Assembly: GCF_004010195.1 (NCBI RefSeq)
Contig: NC_057720.1
Span: 36,700,334-36,764,333 of the forward strand
From: Chiloscyllium plagiosum
Lineage: Eukaryota
Direction of reading: 5' to 3'
Length of the DNA: 64,000 nt
Under the pieces are notes generated by a model that saw nothing but the letters and a program-made list of their open reading frames with translations, searched no databases and was not told the DNA's origin. The translations under genes and the position numbers were made by a program. Shown piece after piece: positions 58,301-64,000 of the stretch; position 1 is the first letter of the stretch; each line of letters begins with the position of its first letter.

Positions 58301-61002
58301 CTTTGTCGAGCAAAAGCAACTTCTTTCTTTGCGTTTTGTGTCAGTATTGAATTCAAGGCAGCCTGAAGGGCCGTGATCCACTGTAGCTTAGTCAGCGAAG
58401 GCTATGCAAAATGTGCTGCCTCAATGGCTTTCAACTGCGTCTCAAGTAGACGCTGCTGTTCCTCCTTTTGTCGTTTCCGATTAGCCGAATAGGAAATAGA
58501 TAATCCCCTAACAAAGGCCTTAGAAGTTTCCCATAGCATAGACGGACTACTAGGTCGTGCCTGAGTTGATAGTCAAGAATTCCTGAAACTCCTTCAAAAA
58601 TTATTCCACAAATTTGGAATCCTTAAGGAGAAAAGGGTCCAAAATGCCAGTGCCGCAAACCTAGCCCTTCACTTTTGACCTTAACCTCCAAATATACTGC
58701 CGCGTGATCAGAGATAGCTATATTCCCAATTTTACAACCCATAATCAAATGCAGATGGGCCAAGGAAGCCAGAAAGAGGTCAATCCTCATGTGACGTTTA
58801 TGTGGGTTTGAAAAAAAAGGTGAAGTCCTGCTGGTGGGGTGAAGACATCTCCAAATAGCCACAAGCCCCAACTCCTCGCATAAGTCAACTACCTGCTTGG
58901 CCTGCGAAAAAATAGTTGGGGGTTCACAAGGCATCCTGTCCACTGTCGGATCCAAAAGTCAATTAAAATTCCCCCCTACAATAATGTGCCGTGTTCCAAA
59001 AGCACTCAACTTAAAGAAAGCACTAATCAAAAAAATTTGAGGGGATGTGCCGGAAGACAGTAAACGTTTAAAATGCCATATTCCTCCCCATGTATCAGGG
59101 CTTTAAGTATTACAAAACGTCCCTGCTCATCTTTCATCTGCTCTAATAATGCGCACGGAAGATTTTTCTGGATAAGTACCGCCACTCCCCTACTTTTAGT
59201 AGTAAAGAATGAAAAGAATACCCGGTCATAACCCACCCCCCACCGTTGTAATTTCAGATGATCCCCATCATCAAGATGGGTTTCCTGCAACAAAGCGATA
59301 TCAACTCTTTCCCTCCTAAGGCTAGAAAGCACTTTTTTTTTCCTTTTAACAGGCGAATGACTTCCCTTAATGTTCCAGGTGCACCATTTAATAAGACACT
59401 TAGCCATATCTCCTTTCAGAGACCCTTGAACCTCTCAGAGGGAAAACCCTGCTTACAAAGCGCCGAGCATAAGAAATAAAGACTCAGAGTCAAAGAACTA
59501 TATATGTACAAAAACTACTCTATCATAACTATAAAACTATTACTACCAAAAAACTACAAAGAAAACCAACTATAAAAACTTGAATAGAAGACTCTTCCCC
59601 CTGCCCATAGGGGGCACTCACCTACCCACCCCCTCCTTCACAGCTCCTTCAAACCCAGAGTATGCCCCAGCCTTAGGTCAGAAAAAAAAACAAGGAAATG
59701 ATCTTTAAATCAACAGAAAAAACAGTCAGGATGAGCACTCCACCCATCCCTGGCTTCATGTCACCCCTACTTGTGACTAAAAGAGAAACTGAACAAAAAA
59801 AAAGAGACAACAAAGAACATCCACAAAATTTCCCATCAGAAAATCCAGTTATTAAAAAAAAAGGAACTTATTCCAAGGTCTTTTCCCCCCTTTCCAAAAA
59901 GGAAAGTATTAGGGAGAAAGAAAGGAATAAAAAAAAGGAAGGGAAAACATGTGGAAAGATAGAAAAGAGAACAAACATTAACCGTATTCTTCAGGCCAAT
60001 CCGTCTTTTTTAAAGTGTCTACAAAGTTGTTAGCTATATCTGAAAATGTGTTGCTGGAACAGCGCAGCAGGTCAGGCAGCATCCAGGGAACAGGAGAATC
60101 GACGTTTCGGGCATAAGCCCTTCTTCAGGAAGATTTCGAATTACAGCTGCTGAAAAATCCTGAAAAACATGATTTTTGACCCCTTGTACAGCAGTGCCTG
60201 CGGATCTTTTCCCAGGGATCTGGAAGCTTCTATGACTTTTTGCTTGTCCTTATATGAACGGAAGTGCACTAGAACCAAGCGGGGGTGCTGCACCGGCCTG
60301 ACCGTTGCACTTTAACCTGATAAGCCCTTTCAATCTGAAGCCTGCTGAACTCTATGTGAAGGCCCAAAAGCTTCAGCATCCAGCTTTCAAAGAAGCTGAC
60401 TGGTTGCTCACCTTCCTTACCTTCAGGGAGCCCGACAATTTGGAGATTTATCCTCAGACCTCGATTTTCAAGGTCGTCGATATGGTTTCGCAAGGCCCGC
60501 ACCTCTCATTCCAGCATCTAGATCAGACTGGATGAGGACTTCACTGCAGTTTCCGAGGCATTAGTTTGACCCTCCACCTCCTGCAGCCTCTCCCCTGGAT
60601 CTCCTGCTCATGCTTCTGCAGCATGGATGCAATAGGTTGGACTGGGCACAGATCTCCTCAATCACAGCCCCAACCTTCAAGGTAAGTCTCTCCATCGTTG
60701 CAGCCAATTCTTGAGAGTCTGTTGGGTCCCCGGGGGTTCAGGACAGGCTGCTGCTGCTGCTGTCTCTGGTGTGGTAGGTGCTGCAGGGGAATGTCCTCCC
60801 TGCTGCTGTTTGCTCGCTCCTCTTCCCTTTGGCATCCTTCCCACTCCCAAATATTAACAAATATATGTGTTCTGTAAGGTTTTAAACTAATAATTCCAAC
60901 ACACAAGTTGGCCAGGGATGCAAAAAACACCATTATGCCTTGGCTGTTAGGCAGAGCTGTCTACAGCAGTTCTACAGAATTGCCGCCATCTTGCAGAGTC
61001 TG
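55386..61002 (-). mobile_element. Full-length, decayed L1-clade LINE (5' UTR, ORF1, inter-ORF, ORF2, 3' UTR)
   Basis: ORF1 IDDLENRGLRINLQIVGLPEGKEG; endonuclease TWNIKG...LLQETHL and ISDHAAV; RT KAPGPDG, PISLLNSDFKILSK, LYADD (about 57390); 12-bp TSD CAGAATATAATT at 55374-55385 and 61003-61014; many frameshifts and stops. Confidence 0.92.
60041..60131 (-). mobile_element. Penelope-like terminus inserted in L1 ORF1, with the best-preserved hammerhead-like core
   Basis: Minus strand CTGAAGA-A-GGGC-TTAT-GCCC-GAAA-CGTC (60128-60101). Confidence 0.78.
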
Positions 61003-61097
61003 CAGAATATAATTATTAATATACAAGGTAGATCAGGTCCATCATACACAACAATCACATAGTTGCGCAAAATGCCACCTGCCATAGATAAAAGACA

Positions 61098-61725
61098 CAG
61101 AACATAGAACAGTACAGCACTGTACAGGCCCTTCGGCCCCTGATGTTATGTCGACCTTTTATCCTACTCTAAGATCACTAACCTACATACCCTTCATTGT
61201 ACTATGTTTCATGCACCTATCCAAGAGTCGCTTAAACATCCCTAATGTATCTGACTCTTCTACCACTGTTGGCAGTGCATTCCATGCACCCACCATTGTG
61301 TAAATAATTGACCTCTGACATCTCCCCTATACCTTCCTCCAATCACCTTAAAATTAGCCCCCTCATGATAGCCATTTCTGCCTTGGGGGAAAAAAAATGT
61401 CTGACTATTCACTTTATCTATGCCTCTCATTTTCTTGTACACTTCTATAAGATGCCTCTCATCCTTCTTTGCTCCAATGAGAAAAGCCCTAGCTCTCTCA
61501 ACCTATCATAAGACATGCCCTCCAGTCCAGGCAGAATCTGGTAAATCTCGTCTGCACCCTCTCTAAAGCTTCCACATCCTTCCGATACAGAACCAAACAC
61601 AATATCCCGAGTGTGGTCTAACCAGGGCTTTATACAACTACAGCATAACCTTGCAGCTCTTGGAACTCAATCCCCCGCTCATGAAAGCTTACAGCCCATA
61701 CACCTTCTTCACAGCCCTATCAACA
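61098..61725 (-). mobile_element. CR1 LINE 3' fragment
   Basis: Minus ORF 61260-61442 (YKKMRGIDKVNSQ) and tail ...TGTACTGTTCTATGTTCT. Confidence 0.82.
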
Positions 61726-63409
61726 ATTCAGAATCTCCCAGCTCTTCTTCAAAGATCTGATCAGTTGAATTTAAATACACAAATTTGAATCAATTAGGCA
61801 TATCAATATATACTAATTGGAAGGATAAGTCATTCAACATCAAGCCTGCTCCATCATTCATCAAGATTACAGCTGGTCTGATTGTGATCTCAACTCCACT
61901 TTCCTGTCCACCACAGATACCCTTGGACTGCCTTTAGTTAAGAACGTATATGTGTCTCTGCATCCACTGCTCAAGGGAAAGATTACTCAATACACTCAAC
62001 GCTTTTTAAAAAAGAAGTTTTATTAATATCAGGAGGCCCTTGACATGTAAACTGTGTTTTTAGTTACAGTCTCAGCACCATTAGTTTTGTCCCTTCTATG
62101 GTACCTTCTTATTTAAAGCAATATCAAATGGCGGAAAGTTAATAGAGCCCTACAAAAGCAGAAACCAGTCCAATAATGTGTGCATAATTAATATTGCAAC
62201 CAAATAGTTTAGTTTAGTTTAGTTAGCATAACCTGTCATTCAATAATAACTGAAACTCAGGCAGTCAAAATATGAAGCAAGCTTCTCAAGAGTTAAGAGA
62301 ACAACAAAATGGCTCAAGTCCAATCTATGACAATTGCCAATTGGCCACGGTAAAGTCACATTACACTGTACAAAATACTGCATTTGGCCACAGTGGCTGA
62401 GTCAGTGCTTTCTTCCAGGCTAGTTCTGCCTGAATTACTGTAGTTTGGAAGAAATTCAGTACCTTCCAAGTAGGATGCTTTTTTCATAATATGTACATTG
62501 TCAATTTTTACAGTTTTCATTCTCACAATTTTGACACCTGCACCCTCATGCAAGTGCCCTTATTTTCAAATAGCTTTTCAACATGTAGTAATCCATACAA
62601 GTTAAGTGTCACAACTTCTGCAGTGCCCCTTCACATTTTGGTCTGCAACTATGCCCAGTTCAGGAGTCCTGCCATTAAGATGCAACTTCAGTTCCATTCC
62701 TGTTGTTGAGCTTCTCAGTTCATTACTGTCCAACGGGGTGCTTTTCCCAGAGGGAAGAATGCTCAGATTCTGTGATCCATTGTAATAGCATCGTGAAGGG
62801 TGCCACATAGTGGCTGTTACAGTACAGGTGACTGGGAAATCCTAGCCAAATATTAAGGCGAATTAATTCTCTAATACCACAAGACTCACTTCACACTTTG
62901 AGCTGCTGGTTTTCTTGAGGGTGCTTGAGTATGGGAAGGCTGACATAGCAGTTCATTTATAACTATCAACAGGTAGAGCTGTGTCCAAGATTGTCAACAC
63001 TGTTTGGAAGGTCAGGTTTCTGTCTGCCCACAAAGTTTCAAGCCCCTCCCTCCCCCTCCCAAAGACAGGTGATGCCAATTCCAAAGACTTCTGTATTGTA
63101 TTATATAGAGTGGGTTCTTATCGTGCAGTAGTAGTGTTCCAAGCAGATCTGGCTTCAAGTCCTAACTGCTCCAGAGCAGTGCAATAAAATCCTTTAACAG
63201 TTTGATTAAAAATGCCTCATCAACAGGCTACAGCATTGACTATTATCATTTAGAAAAGCATGAATATGACATTGAAATAAAAAGACCAGCCAAGATCATA
63301 ATGAATAGTATAACAGGCTCTCAGGGCTGAATGGCCTATTCCTGTTCCTAGTTTCTAAGTTTGTATGTACAGGCCTGCCCTGGACATACATTGACAGTTA
63401 ACATCCAAA

Positions 63410-63722
63410 ATTAGATTAGATTCCCTACAGTGTGGAAACAGGCCCTTCAGCCCAGCAAGTCCACACCGACCCTCTCAAGAGTAACCTATCCAGACCAATT
63501 TCCCTCTGACTGATGCATCTAACACTATGGTCAATTTACCATGGCCAATCCACCTGACCTGACCTGCACATCTTTGGATTGTGGGAGGAAACCAGAGCAC
63601 CGAAGGAAACCCACGCAGACACAGGAGAATGTGCAAACTCCACACAGTCACCCAAGGCTGGAATCGAAACCAGGTCCCTAGTGCTGTGAGGCAGCAGTGT
63701 TAATCACTGAGCCACCGTGCCA
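63410..63722 (-). mobile_element. HE1-like V-SINE
   Basis: Reverse complement of the 41913-42232 type, with a (TAATC)n end. Confidence 0.88.
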
Positions 63723-64000
63723 ATGTAAAAATGTTCTGTTTCAAATGTTCCAAAAAAATTCTACTTTAAAAAAAAAAATGACTGCAGCCACCAAAATAAT
63801 AACTCAGACATGACACAAACTACATTCAACTGTATACAGCCAAAATAATGCCAAAATCTTCAGTTCAACCTATAAACAGCACAATGGCGCAAATAAGGTG
63901 CAATTCCTTTGCTATAGCAAATGAAGTGCAACTAAAAAGATTCCAGGAATAAGTATCCATAAACCTTTTTCCGAAGTACTATATACATTGTCAATGAGAA

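Noticed and set aside
59698..60033. Lys-rich 111-aa plus-strand ORF (antisense L1 ORF0-like)
   Set aside because: It is the antisense reading of the T-rich L1 inter-ORF spacer, with low complexity and no supporting signals.

Overview
Eukaryotic, repeat-rich vertebrate DNA, almost certainly from a cartilaginous fish (shark), inferred from HE1-like V-SINEs, HER1/CR1-like LINEs and Penelope-like elements. 1-6462 is a compound endogenous retrovirus locus. It has the RNase H-integrase end of pol, an env that is open up to an 860-N gap, and an LTR with a CpG-rich 43-bp tandem array. A second, decayed env begins right after that LTR and is followed by its own PPT and a different 3' LTR. This is best read as one ERV inserted into the env of another. 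A CpG island at about 10.2-11.3 kb is the probable promoter and non-coding exon 1 of TESK2. The first coding exon of TESK2 is on the + strand (37899-38114), but two later kinase exons (53314-53362 and 47310-47456) are on the - strand, which points to an intragenic inversion or a mis-oriented assembly segment. The rest is intronic and filled with CR1/L2-group and Rex1-like LINEs, SINEs, a solo LTR, a full-length decayed L1 with a 12-bp TSD, an internally inverted Tx1-like copy, and Penelope-like termini carrying minimal hammerhead-ribozyme motifs. Family assignments are from recalled motifs, not database searches, and repeat boundaries are approximate unless a TSD or terminal repeat is quoted.
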